Below, in pieces: positions 27,257-37,655 of a stretch of 64,000 bases of DNA. The stretch is from an uncultured Desulfobacterales bacterium (GTDB lineage: Bacteria; Desulfobacterota; Desulfobacteria; Desulfobacterales; Desulfobacteraceae), in assembly GCA_964478245.1 (NCBI GenBank), contig CAYZHB010000001.1:43249-107248 (forward strand), written 5' to 3'. The notes beneath the pieces are model-generated. The model ran no database searches, was not told the DNA's origin, and worked only from the letters and a program-made list of their open reading frames with translations. Both the position numbers and the translations under genes were made by a program. Numbering within the stretch: the stretch's first letter is position 1; every line of letters begins with the position of its first letter.

Positions 27257-28448
27257 ATATACAGAGATCGACGGTTTCCTGGAAAATCCGGCCGGAGAGG
27301 ACATGCCCCGTGTTTTCCTGTTATGGGGCGAACCCTACCTTGTCCGCGAGAAAACAGAGCGTGTGGTGTCCGCACTGCTGCCCGGGGATCAGAAAACCGT
27401 CGCCCTGGAGCGTATCGAGGGTGAGGAAGCCACCGTAACCGAGGTTGTCGACACGCTCACAACCCTCTGCATGTTTCTTCAGAAACGCGTGGTCGCGGTA
27501 AAGGAACCGCCGTTTCTGCAGACCGGCGGAACAAAACCTCAGAAAGAGCAGATCAAACGGCTTACAGCCTTGATAAGCAAAGGTCTTCCGGTCGGCACTT
27601 TCCTGATTATCAGCGCTGCCGCCGTGGACAGGCGCGGGACCCTGTTCAAATGTATCCGGGAAAACGGTATCGCCGTGGACTGTACGGTTCCGACCGGGGC
27701 CAGGCAGAGCGACATACAGGAACAGAACCGTTTTTTAAAGCACATATCGGAGAAGATCCTGAAATTTGCCGGCAAGACAATGGACGGGGACGGGTTCAGA
27801 GAACTCGTTGAATTGACGGGGTTTGAACCGGCCACCTTTGCGGACAATGTCAAAAAACTGGTCGCTTTTACCGGGGAAAAGAAACGGATAAGCGCCCAAG
27901 ATGTTTCCCTGATGGTGGGGCGGACGCGGCAGGCCCCTGTTTTTGATTTTACAAACGCATTGTTTGAAAAGGATATCAAAAGAACCCTTTTTTCCCTGAA
28001 TTCCCTTATGAGATCCGGTTTTCATCCGCTTCAGGTCCTGAAGGCAACCGCCAATCAGTTGAGAAAAGTGTTTGCCGCGAAGAGCTTTATTGAAACGGTC
28101 AACCGGCACAACAGGGACGTATGGACGAAGGATCAGCCTTTTAACCGGTTCAGGCAGGTCACGCTGCCGGAAGTTGCCGCTGTCGAAAAATCGTTTGCCG
28201 AAGGGATCGATCCGGTGTTTGCCAAGAGCGATCTGTTCCTTGCCCCGACCCCCCGGAATGCCTATCCGCTGTACCAGACATTCAGAAAAGCGGACCACTT
28301 TTCCTTTCATGAACTCGAACGCATGCTGTCCGATCTCGGAGATCTGGATGCCAAGCTCAAGTCATCATCCGCCAATCCGTGGACACGGCTCGAAGATTTT
28401 GCGGTCCGTACGTGTGCAGACTCTGGTTCCCGCTGCATGACCGGCTGA
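27243..28448 (+). CDS. holA: DNA polymerase III delta subunit-like
   Basis: Length and the N-terminal FLLWGEPYLV... pattern fit HolA. It overlaps the lgt end by 14 nt. Confidence 0.6.
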   Translation: MALIKYTEIDGFLENPAGEDMPRVFLLWGEPYLVREKTERVVSALLPGDQKTVALERIEGEEATVTEVVDTLTTLCMFLQKRVVAVKEPPFLQTGGTKPQKEQIKRLTALISKGLPVGTFLIISAAAVDRRGTLFKCIRENGIAVDCTVPTGARQSDIQEQNRFLKHISEKILKFAGKTMDGDGFRELVELTGFEPATFADNVKKLVAFTGEKKRISAQDVSLMVGRTRQAPVFDFTNALFEKDIKRTLFSLNSLMRSGFHPLQVLKATANQLRKVFAAKSFIETVNRHNRDVWTKDQPFNRFRQVTLPEVAAVEKSFAEGIDPVFAKSDLFLAPTPRNAYPLYQTFRKADHFSFHELERMLSDLGDLDAKLKSSSANPWTRLEDFAVRTCADSGSRCMTG

Positions 28449-28575
28449 TCGATCGTTTTCAATGGGGTAACCGCACCGCATCAATATGGTTTGAGGATAT
28501 TCGATTGTTATGCAGTTTCAAATTTGATAGAGTAACATACAATCGGCACGAACCCCATAAACGGAGAACAAACCG

Positions 28576-29988
28576 ATGGTAAGAAAAACAAAGATTGTGG
28601 CCACCATTTCAAACAGGGCGTGCGATCCCCTGTTTCTGGAGAGGCTTTTTGAGGCGGGCATGAATGTGATCCGGCTGAACACGGCCCACATGACCCACGA
28701 CGATGCCCTCGAGGTTATTGAAAACACCCGGAAGGTCTCTGAAAAAATCGCGATCCTGATCGACACAAAAGGCCCGGAAATCCGGACCTGTGACGCGGAT
28801 AAACCCCTTCACGTCTGGTACGGGGATTCCCTGCGCATCAAAGGGGCCCCTGGTGAAAAATCCAGGGATGACATCGTGTACGTCTCTTATGAGAATTTTG
28901 TCGCCGATGTACCGGTGGGAAGCTCTATTCTTATCGACGACGGAACCATCGCCCTGGCGGTCATGGAAAAGGACGATACCTATCTCTACTGCCACGTGGA
29001 AAACGACGGGGTCATCCAGCCGAGAAAAAGCATCAACATCCCGGCGGTTCACGTAAAACTGCCTGCGTTGAGTGCCAAGGACAAAGGATTTATTGAATTT
29101 GCCGCCGACAACGATGTCGATTTTATCGCCCATTCGTTTGTGAGAAACAAGGCGGATGTGATGGCGGTCCAGAAAGTGCTGGATGCCAAAGAAAGCCGGA
29201 CTAAAATTATCGCAAAAATCGAAAACAGTCAGGGGGTTGAAAATATAAGTGAAATCCTTGAGCACTGTTACGGTGTGATGATCGCCAGGGGGGATCTGGC
29301 CGTGGAGATCCCCACGGAACGGATACCGCTTATCCAGAAAGATATGGTCAGAACCTGTATCGAACACCGGAAACCGGTCATTATCGCCACCCAGATGCTG
29401 CACTCCATGATAGAATCGCCCAGGCCCACCCGGGCCGAAGTTTCCGACGTGGCCAATGCCTGCCTCGATCACACCGACGCCCTGATGCTGTCCGGTGAGA
29501 CGGCAAGCGGCAAGTATCCCGAAGTGGCTGTAAGGACAATGGCCCGGATCGCCCAGGAAGTGGAGTCGGGCAGAAGCACGTTCATCGACATACCGTACAC
29601 ACCCGAGAACAAGGTGACGGCCTACCTTGCCAAGGCCGGTGTGAAAGCCTCCTTGCGGCTGAATACCAAAGCGATCGTTGCCGATTCCATGACAGGCAAC
29701 ACCATCCGGTCCATTGCCGCCTATCGGGGAGACAATCCTATTTATGCCCAGGTGTACGACAAGCGCGTCATGCGGGAACTCGCCATTTCTTTCGGTGTCT
29801 ACGCGGATTATATGGAGAGAGACATAGAAGGGGGGCTGCCCCTGAAAAAGGCGGTTTCAAGGCTGATTGAAAAGAGATATTTCGCTGCCGGTGATCTCAT
29901 TACGGTCCTTGCCGGCAGTTTCGGGATCAAGCACGGGGCCTCCTTTATCGAAATCAGCACCGCGGAAAGCATGATGTCGGTGTGCTGA
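28576..29988 (+). CDS. pyk: Pyruvate kinase
   Basis: KTKIVATI..., MNVIRLNTAH, IIAKIENSQGV, MIARGDLAVEI, MLSGETA. Confidence 0.95.
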   Translation: MVRKTKIVATISNRACDPLFLERLFEAGMNVIRLNTAHMTHDDALEVIENTRKVSEKIAILIDTKGPEIRTCDADKPLHVWYGDSLRIKGAPGEKSRDDIVYVSYENFVADVPVGSSILIDDGTIALAVMEKDDTYLYCHVENDGVIQPRKSINIPAVHVKLPALSAKDKGFIEFAADNDVDFIAHSFVRNKADVMAVQKVLDAKESRTKIIAKIENSQGVENISEILEHCYGVMIARGDLAVEIPTERIPLIQKDMVRTCIEHRKPVIIATQMLHSMIESPRPTRAEVSDVANACLDHTDALMLSGETASGKYPEVAVRTMARIAQEVESGRSTFIDIPYTPENKVTAYLAKAGVKASLRLNTKAIVADSMTGNTIRSIAAYRGDNPIYAQVYDKRVMRELAISFGVYADYMERDIEGGLPLKKAVSRLIEKRYFAAGDLITVLAGSFGIKHGASFIEISTAESMMSVC

Positions 29989-30261
29989 CAGGTCGCCTTG
30001 AAAAGGAAACTTTTCACTTCGGTTACGGCCTCGCGGCCTGCAGCCTGCACGAAAAAGCCTTTTCGCCGCTCCCGGCACCCTTCCCTCTGAATTGGCGGGC
30101 CAATCATCTTGCCGTAACACAATGCATGGTTGAAGACCGTTATTTTCACTTGTTGCCTAAGGCCGGAAGGCAGGTACGTAAGCGTTTCAATCGGTGAGGA
30201 TTGCAAACAGGCGGGCGGTGGACCACGCCCTGATTTGAAAACAGCCAATAAAAGGAGGTGT

Positions 30262-32268
30262 ATGATGCAAAAATCAATTTTAAGCGGGATGGTTTTTTTA
30301 AGCTTTTTATTTACATTTTTTTTCTTTTATAGTGCGGTCCATGCAGCGGAGGTGTATATGCCGCACATCACCGGGGGCTATCCGGAATGGGTGGACTACC
30401 TCCAGGTGAACAATGGGGACGCGGAAGCTCATGATTTTACCGTTACGCTTTACAGCGAGGGCAGCGAAGTATACTCAGGCGCTCATACCGTGGCCGGGTA
30501 TGGTCATGAACAGATCGAGATCAAGTCCCTTGACAGTACGGCGGACAGTGGTGAGATAGTGTATACAAGCGATGCGCTGATGTTCCGGGTGTCCTACGCG
30601 TACACCGCCACCGGCGGGGTGGCGGAATTCGCCCTGTCGGACACGGTGAGTTCCGCCATGGGACTTTTATACAGCGGTTTTGTCTCGTCCGTCAACTACA
30701 AGGGGGCGGCCATCGCCAACATGAGTGACACACCCGCCTATGTGACGCTCTACGCCATGGGGGACGGGTCGATTATTGACACGTATTCCGCCACGCTCGG
30801 CGCCCGTGAGAAGATCCTGGGCAACCATGAAGCGTGGTTTCCGACCGTGGCGTTTGCCGACATCGAGAGCATCGTGGCTGTCTCGACCGAGCCGGTGTTG
30901 TCCGGCCTGGTTATCTGTACGGATGCGGATCTTTCCTACCTGCTGTTCACGCCGGGCAGGGATGTGCCGTCATTTGACACCACTGGTGCCCCTGATGTGG
31001 CCTCATGGGCGTTCACCGCCGGCGGGAGCGAAGCGGATGAAAAAGGCCGTCATGTTTGTCAGACACCTGACGGCGGGTTTGTCGTGGCCGGTGTCTCCGC
31101 CTCTTACGGTGAGGGCAATAATGACATGTGGATATTGAAACTTACCGCTTCCGGCAGTATCGACTGGCAGAAAACATACGGCGGCCCGAGCAATGATATG
31201 GTAGAAAGTATATGCACCACGGCTGACGGCGGGTATGTGATGGCAGGTCATACCGGGTCCTTCGGCAGCGGGGTATACGATTTGTGGGTTCTGAAGCTCG
31301 ACAGTGACGGAAACTGTGAGTGGCAGAAGGCCTACGGCGGCAGCGATTCAGACATGGGATACAGCCTGCGCCCGACGTCAGACGGCGGTTACGTGATAAC
31401 GGGACGGACCTATTCCTATGGCGCCGGCGGGTCCGATCTGTGGGTATTGAAACTGAACAGCACCGGCGGTGTCGATTGGCAGAAGACATACGGCGGTGTT
31501 TACGGCGACTATGGAGAAAGTATCCGCCAGACGTCAGACGGCGGTTATATTGTTGCGGGTTCTACAAGGTCCGCTGGTGCCGGCGAAACAGACATCTGGG
31601 TATTGAAGCTGGACGAGTCCGGTGTTGTCGACTGGCAGAAAACATATGGCGGCAGTTCCTATGACAGGGCGTACAGTGTCTGTGAGGCGTCGGATGGCGG
31701 GTTTGTCGTGGCGGGTCAAACCTATTCCTTCGGCGCAGGCAATTTTGATCTCTGGGCATTGAAGCTGGACGGTTCAGGTGATATCGAATGGGAGAAGACA
31801 TACGGCGGAACCGATTATGAAGAGGGAACCTCCGTATCCCGGACAATTGACGGCGGTTATATCGTTACAGGTTATACCGCTTCCGCTGGTGCCGGAGAGA
31901 CGGACATCTGGGCATTGAAACTGAACGGTTCCGGGGGTGTCGACTGGCAGAAAATCTGCGGCGGCAGTGATAATGATGTGGGATTCGGGCTTTGTGAGAC
32001 AACGGCAGGCGGTTATGTGGTGACAGGTGAAACTTATTCGTACGGGGCAGGGGAGTCCGATCTCTGGGCCTTACGACTTGACAGCTCGGGTGATCTGCCG
32101 GGATGCAGCGGCATCAGCCTGACGGACACCGCACTGTCGTCAGCAGATTCGGCCTGCACGCCGGCAGATTCATCTGTTTTTGCATCTTCGAGTCCGGCAG
32201 CAGTGGAAACGACAGCTGTGGCAGGCAGTCTCACCGATGCCGAAGTGACGTTCCAATGTCCGGACTAG
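30262..32268 (+). CDS. Secreted protein: unknown N-terminal domain plus 7-bladed beta-propeller-like repeat domain
   Basis: ATG at 30262 after AAGGAGG gives the signal peptide MMQKSILSGMVFLSFLFTFFFFYSAVHA. It is followed by seven 52-aa repeats, W(Q/E)KTYGG...DGGY.V.G.T.S.GAG..D.W.LKL...G. Confidence 0.75.
   Translation: MMQKSILSGMVFLSFLFTFFFFYSAVHAAEVYMPHITGGYPEWVDYLQVNNGDAEAHDFTVTLYSEGSEVYSGAHTVAGYGHEQIEIKSLDSTADSGEIVYTSDALMFRVSYAYTATGGVAEFALSDTVSSAMGLLYSGFVSSVNYKGAAIANMSDTPAYVTLYAMGDGSIIDTYSATLGAREKILGNHEAWFPTVAFADIESIVAVSTEPVLSGLVICTDADLSYLLFTPGRDVPSFDTTGAPDVASWAFTAGGSEADEKGRHVCQTPDGGFVVAGVSASYGEGNNDMWILKLTASGSIDWQKTYGGPSNDMVESICTTADGGYVMAGHTGSFGSGVYDLWVLKLDSDGNCEWQKAYGGSDSDMGYSLRPTSDGGYVITGRTYSYGAGGSDLWVLKLNSTGGVDWQKTYGGVYGDYGESIRQTSDGGYIVAGSTRSAGAGETDIWVLKLDESGVVDWQKTYGGSSYDRAYSVCEASDGGFVVAGQTYSFGAGNFDLWALKLDGSGDIEWEKTYGGTDYEEGTSVSRTIDGGYIVTGYTASAGAGETDIWALKLNGSGGVDWQKICGGSDNDVGFGLCETTAGGYVVTGETYSYGAGESDLWALRLDSSGDLPGCSGISLTDTALSSADSACTPADSSVFASSSPAAVETTAVAGSLTDAEVTFQCPD
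31009..32100 (+). repeat. Seven tandem 156-bp coding repeats
   Basis: The repeat register is marked by TGGCAG/TGGGAG at 31165, 31321, 31477, 31633, 31789 and 31945, an exact 156-nt period. Confidence 0.9.
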
Positions 32269-32306
32269 TTAAAAGATCCATTTTTCCATCAGATTAAATA
32301 GATGCC

Positions 32307-32457
32307 CGGCTAATTTGTTCTACGGGTCACTTTTGGACAGGCAGGTGGCGGGGTGCTTTCTATGCCGGTCACCTCGGAGCAGCCCGGGATGGGCTGCGAG
32401 ACTGAGGCAGAGGAAGTTCCCCGCCACCTGCTGATAGCATAGAACAAATTAGCCGTG
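32307..32457. repeat. Family-2 long-hairpin intergenic repeat, copy c (full length)
   Basis: Outer arms are CGGCTAATTTGTTCTA (32307-32322) and TAGAACAAATTAGCCG (32440-32455). Inner arms are CAGGCAGGTGGCGGGG and CCCCGCCACCTGCTG. Confidence 0.7.
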
Positions 32458-32604
32458 AAATAGATGAAAGACAATTGCTTTACCGGCTCAAATTTGATAT
32501 GTATACCTATTTCGATACGGAACGCCGGGGTGCTTGGCCAACCTGTCAGAAATCGGTTGCGACACCGGTCCCGACACGCAATCCGTGGAAACAAGGAGTT
32601 GAAT

Positions 32605-34077
32605 ATGGCGGACAAAAATTATCAGGAAGGGCTGGCATTCGACGATGTCCTTCTTTTGCCGGGGTTGTCTGAAGTGCTGCCCGATGAAGTGGATACGGCC
32701 ACCAGGCTTACAAGGAATCTCGATTTGAATATACCCATTGTCAGCGCGGCAATGGATACCGTGACCGAAGCTCGCACGGCAATCAGTATGGCCAGGGCGG
32801 GGGGACTCGGTTTTATCCACAGGAACATGAGCATTGAAGAGCAGACCACTGAAGTGGACCGGGTGAAGAAATCCGAAAGCGGCATGATCGTGGATCCGGT
32901 CACCATTGATCCGGACACCCTGATTTCGGAAGTGCTGGAGATCATGTCAAAGTACCGGATCTCCGGGGTGCCGGTCACTGAGGGAGATACCCTTGCCGGG
33001 ATTGTCACCAACCGGGATCTCAGGTTTGAAACCAACCTCAGCAAGCCGGTAAAAGAGGTCATGACGTCGGAAAACCTGATCACTGTTCAGGAAAAGTGTA
33101 CCCTGGAAGAGTCGAAAAAACTGCTCCACGAGCACCGCATTGAAAAACTGCTGGTGGTGGACACAGGCGGCAAACTGAAGGGGCTTATCACCATAAAGGA
33201 TATTGAAAAGATCAAGAAGTATCCCAATGCCTGCAAGGATTCCATGGGACGTCTCAGGACAGGCGCCGCCATCGGGGTGGGACCGGATTTCATGGAGAGG
33301 AGTGAAAGTCTCTTGAAAGCCGGTGCGGATGTCCTGGTGATCGATACTTCCCACGGCCATTCCCGGAACGTTCTCAAAGCGGTGAAGAAGATAAAGGGAG
33401 AGTTTGCCGACTGTGAACTCATAGCCGGGAACGTGGCCACGGCCGAAGGAGCCAGGGCGCTGGTCAACGCCGGAGTGGACGCCGTAAAAGTCGGTATCGG
33501 GCCGGGCTCCATCTGTACCACCCGGATCGTAGCGGGTGTCGGCGTGCCTCAGCTCACCGCCGTTATGAACTGCCGGGAAGTTTCCGACAGGACCGGGGTG
33601 CCGTTAATAGCGGACGGCGGGATCAAATTTTCCGGTGATATTGCAAAAGCCCTGGGGGCAGGCGCTCACTCGGTCATGCTCGGCAGCCTTCTGGCCGGTA
33701 CCATGGAAAGCCCCGGTGAAATTGTCATATACCAGGGAAGGAGCTACAAGGCTTACCGGGGAATGGGATCTGTGGAAGCAATGAAGAAAGGCAGCAGTGA
33801 CCGGTATTACCAGAAAGAGAGTGTGGACAGTGATGATCTTGTACCGGAAGGTATCGTGGGACGGATTCCCTACCGCGGCACCGTCACCGAAAACCTGGTT
33901 CAGATGGTAGGGGGTGTCAAAGCGGGAATGGGCTACGTCGGAGCCGGTAACATTCTCCAGCTGAGAAAAAAGGCAAAATTTGTCAAAATCAGCGCCGCGG
34001 GCTTGCGGGAAAGTCATGTCCACGATGTTGTCATCACCAAGGAAGCGCCGAATTACAGTGTTGACAGCCCCCAGTAA
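32605..34077 (+). CDS. guaB: IMP dehydrogenase
   Basis: The ATG at 32605 gives [20 protein letters not shown]. There is a CBS pair and [11 protein letters not shown]. The listed ORF start at 32464 lies inside the repeat and is rejected. Confidence 0.95.
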   Translation: MADKNYQEGLAFDDVLLLPGLSEVLPDEVDTATRLTRNLDLNIPIVSAAMDTVTEARTAISMARAGGLGFIHRNMSIEEQTTEVDRVKKSESGMIVDPVTIDPDTLISEVLEIMSKYRISGVPVTEGDTLAGIVTNRDLRFETNLSKPVKEVMTSENLITVQEKCTLEESKKLLHEHRIEKLLVVDTGGKLKGLITIKDIEKIKKYPNACKDSMGRLRTGAAIGVGPDFMERSESLLKAGADVLVIDTSHGHSRNVLKAVKKIKGEFADCELIAGNVATAEGARALVNAGVDAVKVGIGPGSICTTRIVAGVGVPQLTAVMNCREVSDRTGVPLIADGGIKFSGDIAKALGAGAHSVMLGSLLAGTMESPGEIVIYQGRSYKAYRGMGSVEAMKKGSSDRYYQKESVDSDDLVPEGIVGRIPYRGTVTENLVQMVGGVKAGMGYVGAGNILQLRKKAKFVKISAAGLRESHVHDVVITKEAPNYSVDSPQ

Positions 34078-34115
34078 CACGGATATCAGCTTGATGGAAA
34101 AGATATAGAGAAGTG

Positions 34116-37100
34116 ATGTCTTCAGAATTTTATCACCTCCATGTCCATACAGAGTATTCCCTTTTAGACGGGGCGATCCGGCTTGACGCCCTTTTTGACC
34201 GGTGCCGCCATTTCGGCATGGACAGCGTGGCCATTACGGATCACGGCACCATGTTCGGCGTGGCCGAATTTTACAAGAAGGCGAAAGCCGCATCCATCAA
34301 ACCGGTCATAGGCTGCGAGGTGTATGTGGCCCCCAGAACGGTGGACAAAAAGACACCTGAGGACCACAAGGGGCTGCGGCACCTGGTGCTTCTTGCAAAG
34401 GACCGCGAGGGGTATGCCAACCTGTGCCGTCTTGCCACCATTGCCCAGCTGGAAGGATTTTACTACAAGCCGCGGGTGGACAAGAGGCTGCTCCAGGAGT
34501 ACAGCAGCGGATTGATCGCCCTCTCCGCCTGTCTTAAAGGGGAGATTCCCTGGCTGATTGCACGGGACAGGAAAGAGGAAGCGGTTGAGGCGGGCCGTTT
34601 CTTTGTTTCCACCTTTGGCGGGGACAATTTTTTTCTGGAAGTGCAGCAGAACGGCATGGATCTTCAGACCAAGGTGAACCAGGGGCTTTTCGAACTGAGC
34701 CGGGAGCTTTCCATCCCGCTGGTGGCCAGCAACGACTGCCACTATCTGAAAAGGGAGGACAAGCGGGCCCACGAGATCCTTTTGTGTGTCCAGACCGGGG
34801 ATGTTCTCAACAACCAGGACCGGTTCAAATTCGATTCCGACGAACTCTACTTCAAATCACCCGCCGAGATGACCGAGGCGTTTGACAGTTTCCCCGGCGC
34901 CATTGAAAATACGGCAGAAATCGTATCGCGGTGCAATGTGGAATTTGACGAGCGGCGATATCATTTTCCGAACTTCGATGCCACGGCAGGGGAGACGGAA
35001 AATGAGATGTTCGAAAAAGCGGCACGGGAAGGGTTTGAAGAAAAGCTCGCGCTTGCCGGGTCCATCAATCCGGATATCGATGAGAAACTTTACCGGGACC
35101 GGATCGATTATGAGATTAAAACCATCATCGACATGGGGTTTCCGGGTTACTTCCTGATTGTGGCCGATTTCATACGGTACGCAAAAGATAAAGGCATACC
35201 GGTGGGGCCGGGAAGGGGATCGGCCGCCGGCAGCATGGTGGCTTACGCAATGGGCATCACCGCACTCGATCCCATAGAACACGGCCTGTTGTTTGAACGG
35301 TTTCTGAATCCGGACCGGATCAGCATGCCGGATATCGATGTAGACTTCTGTATCGAGGGACGGGACGAGGTATATAAGTATGTTGTGGACCGCTACGGCG
35401 GCGGTGAAAATGTCTGTCAGATCATCACGTTCGGGAAGATGAAGTCCAAGGCCGTGATAAGGGACGTGGGAAGGGTGCTGAACGTTTCCCTGCCGGAAGT
35501 CGACGAAATCGCCAAACTGGTGCCGGACAACTCGAAAAATCTGGAACAGGCCATAAACAATGTGCCGCAGATCATGGAGAAGGCCTCCGAGACAGCGGAA
35601 AAAAAGGAGATGATCGACGTCTCTATGCTTCTGGAAGGGCTCCCCCGCCATGCGTCGACCCACGCGGCCGGCGTGGTGATCGGTGACAGGCCCCTTGTGG
35701 AATATCTGCCGCTCTACAAGGGAAAGGAAGGAGAAGTGCTGACCCAGTTTGACATGAAATATGTCGAAGAACTGGGTCTTGTGAAATTTGACTTCCTGGG
35801 GCTCCGCAATCTTACCGTAATAAAGAATACGCTCAAGCTTCTGCGCAAGGGGAACAAAGCGGTTCCCGATATGGACAATATCCCGCTCGATGACGAAAAA
35901 ACGTACGACCTGCTTTCAAAGGCCGATACAACCGGTGTTTTCCAGTTGGAAAGTTCCGGTATGAAGGACCTTATAAAAAGACTTCACCCCACCGGTTTCA
36001 ATGACATCGTGGCCCTGCTGGCCCTTTACCGGCCGGGCCCCCTTGAAAGCGGTATGACGGACCACTATGTGGAGCGGAAACACGGCAGGGAAAAAATCGA
36101 GTACCTGTTTGACGCGCTTGAGGATGTGCTCAAAGAGACTTACGGGGTGATCGTCTACCAGGAACAGGTGATGAAGATCGCCGGTGTGCTGGCGGATTAC
36201 TCCATGGCGGATGCCGACGGGCTCAGGAAGGCCATGGGGAAAAAGAAGGCCGCCATGATGGCGGAACACCGGGCGTTGTTCCTGAAGGGGGCCGGGAAAA
36301 AAGGTCATGACCCGGCCAGGGCTCAAGAACTGTTCAATCTCATGGAAAAATTCGGCGGATACGGGTTTAACAAGTCCCACAGTGCCGCCTATGCCATGAT
36401 CAGTTATCAGACCGCTTTTTTGAAGGCCCATTATCCTGTCGAGTTTATCGCGGCGCTCATGACAAGCGAGATGAACAATACCGACAATGTGATCAAGTAT
36501 ATGGAAGAGTGTCGCAGCCACGGCATCGAGGTGCTCGGGCCGGATATCAACGAAAGTGACGCCATTTTCACCGTGGTGGGCAATGCCATACGATACGGCC
36601 TGGCTGCGGTAAAAAACGTCGGGGAAGCCGCTATCGAAGAAATTGTCCGGGAGCGGGACAGCGACGGCAAATTCAGTTCCGTGTACGATCTGTGTGAACG
36701 GGTCAGCCTGAGCCGGGTGAACAAAAAGGTGATCGAATTTCTGATAAAATGCGGGGCGTTTGATTCGACCGGTTATAAAAGAAGCCAGATGATGGCGGTT
36801 CTCGGGGATGCAGTGGACCACGGAACCGTTGTGCAGCGCGGAAAGAACGACAGCCAGCTGGATTTGTTCGCCGATACGGGCATCGGTGTTGAAGTGACGG
36901 CCGGCCATCCGGAATTACCGGATATCGAAGAGTGGGATGAGAATGATCTGCTGTTTTTCGAAAAGGAGTCTTTGGGATTTTATTTCAGCGGCAATCCCCT
37001 GGGCCGGTATGAAGATATCCTGCAGAAATACTGCAATGTGACCACGGTGAGCGTTCAGGAACTGTCAGACGGGAGAACCGTCCGAATCGGCGGCATTATA

Positions 37101-37655
37101 AAGCTTGTAAAGGCGCACAAGACCAAAAAAGGGGACATGATGGCCTTTACACAGCTCGAGGATACCAGCGGTAACATAGAGGTGGTTGTGTTTCCCGATG
37201 TGTATGTCCGGGCCCATGACCTGATCACCGATGAAAAACCGGTCGTGATCGAAGGGAAGACCCAGAAAAGGGAAAACGGGGTCAAGCTTATTGCCGGGAA
37301 AATTGTCCCCATAGAGGCGGCCGAAGAAGAGTGGGCGGCGAGCGTGATTGTGAACGTCAACGGGGATGCGGAAAAAGGAGATACGGTTGAACGGCTGAAA
37401 ACCGTTCTGGGAAAATATCCGGGGAGCTGCCCCTTTTACCTCTGTGTCCGGCTGGCCGGCCGGGAAAATATCATCATCCGGGCATCGGAGGAGAACAGCG
37501 TTTCCTGCGATCCCGCCCTTTTCCGGGAAGTGACGAATCTCCTGGGGCCCGGTGCCATAGAAACGCGCTGTGCACCGGTGAAACAGCAGAACAACAACAA
37601 GAGACGGTTTAACAAAGGACAGACAAACGGTTATGCAAATAGCGGTGACCCATAA
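34116..37655 (+). CDS. dnaE: DNA polymerase III alpha subunit
   Basis: PHP domain HLHVHTEYSLLDG, the polymerase core, and a C-terminal OB fold; ~1180 aa. Confidence 0.95.
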   Translation: MSSEFYHLHVHTEYSLLDGAIRLDALFDRCRHFGMDSVAITDHGTMFGVAEFYKKAKAASIKPVIGCEVYVAPRTVDKKTPEDHKGLRHLVLLAKDREGYANLCRLATIAQLEGFYYKPRVDKRLLQEYSSGLIALSACLKGEIPWLIARDRKEEAVEAGRFFVSTFGGDNFFLEVQQNGMDLQTKVNQGLFELSRELSIPLVASNDCHYLKREDKRAHEILLCVQTGDVLNNQDRFKFDSDELYFKSPAEMTEAFDSFPGAIENTAEIVSRCNVEFDERRYHFPNFDATAGETENEMFEKAAREGFEEKLALAGSINPDIDEKLYRDRIDYEIKTIIDMGFPGYFLIVADFIRYAKDKGIPVGPGRGSAAGSMVAYAMGITALDPIEHGLLFERFLNPDRISMPDIDVDFCIEGRDEVYKYVVDRYGGGENVCQIITFGKMKSKAVIRDVGRVLNVSLPEVDEIAKLVPDNSKNLEQAINNVPQIMEKASETAEKKEMIDVSMLLEGLPRHASTHAAGVVIGDRPLVEYLPLYKGKEGEVLTQFDMKYVEELGLVKFDFLGLRNLTVIKNTLKLLRKGNKAVPDMDNIPLDDEKTYDLLSKADTTGVFQLESSGMKDLIKRLHPTGFNDIVALLALYRPGPLESGMTDHYVERKHGREKIEYLFDALEDVLKETYGVIVYQEQVMKIAGVLADYSMADADGLRKAMGKKKAAMMAEHRALFLKGAGKKGHDPARAQELFNLMEKFGGYGFNKSHSAAYAMISYQTAFLKAHYPVEFIAALMTSEMNNTDNVIKYMEECRSHGIEVLGPDINESDAIFTVVGNAIRYGLAAVKNVGEAAIEEIVRERDSDGKFSSVYDLCERVSLSRVNKKVIEFLIKCGAFDSTGYKRSQMMAVLGDAVDHGTVVQRGKNDSQLDLFADTGIGVEVTAGHPELPDIEEWDENDLLFFEKESLGFYFSGNPLGRYEDILQKYCNVTTVSVQELSDGRTVRIGGIIKLVKAHKTKKGDMMAFTQLEDTSGNIEVVVFPDVYVRAHDLITDEKPVVIEGKTQKRENGVKLIAGKIVPIEAAEEEWAASVIVNVNGDAEKGDTVERLKTVLGKYPGSCPFYLCVRLAGRENIIIRASEENSVSCDPALFREVTNLLGPGAIETRCAPVKQQNNNKRRFNKGQTNGYANSGDP

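Noticed and set aside
32464-32604. N-terminal extension of guaB in the listed ORF (start at 32464).
   Set aside because: The extension lies in intergenic sequence just 3' of the family-2 repeat. The ATG at 32605 gives the canonical IMPDH N-terminus and has an AAGGAG-like RBS.
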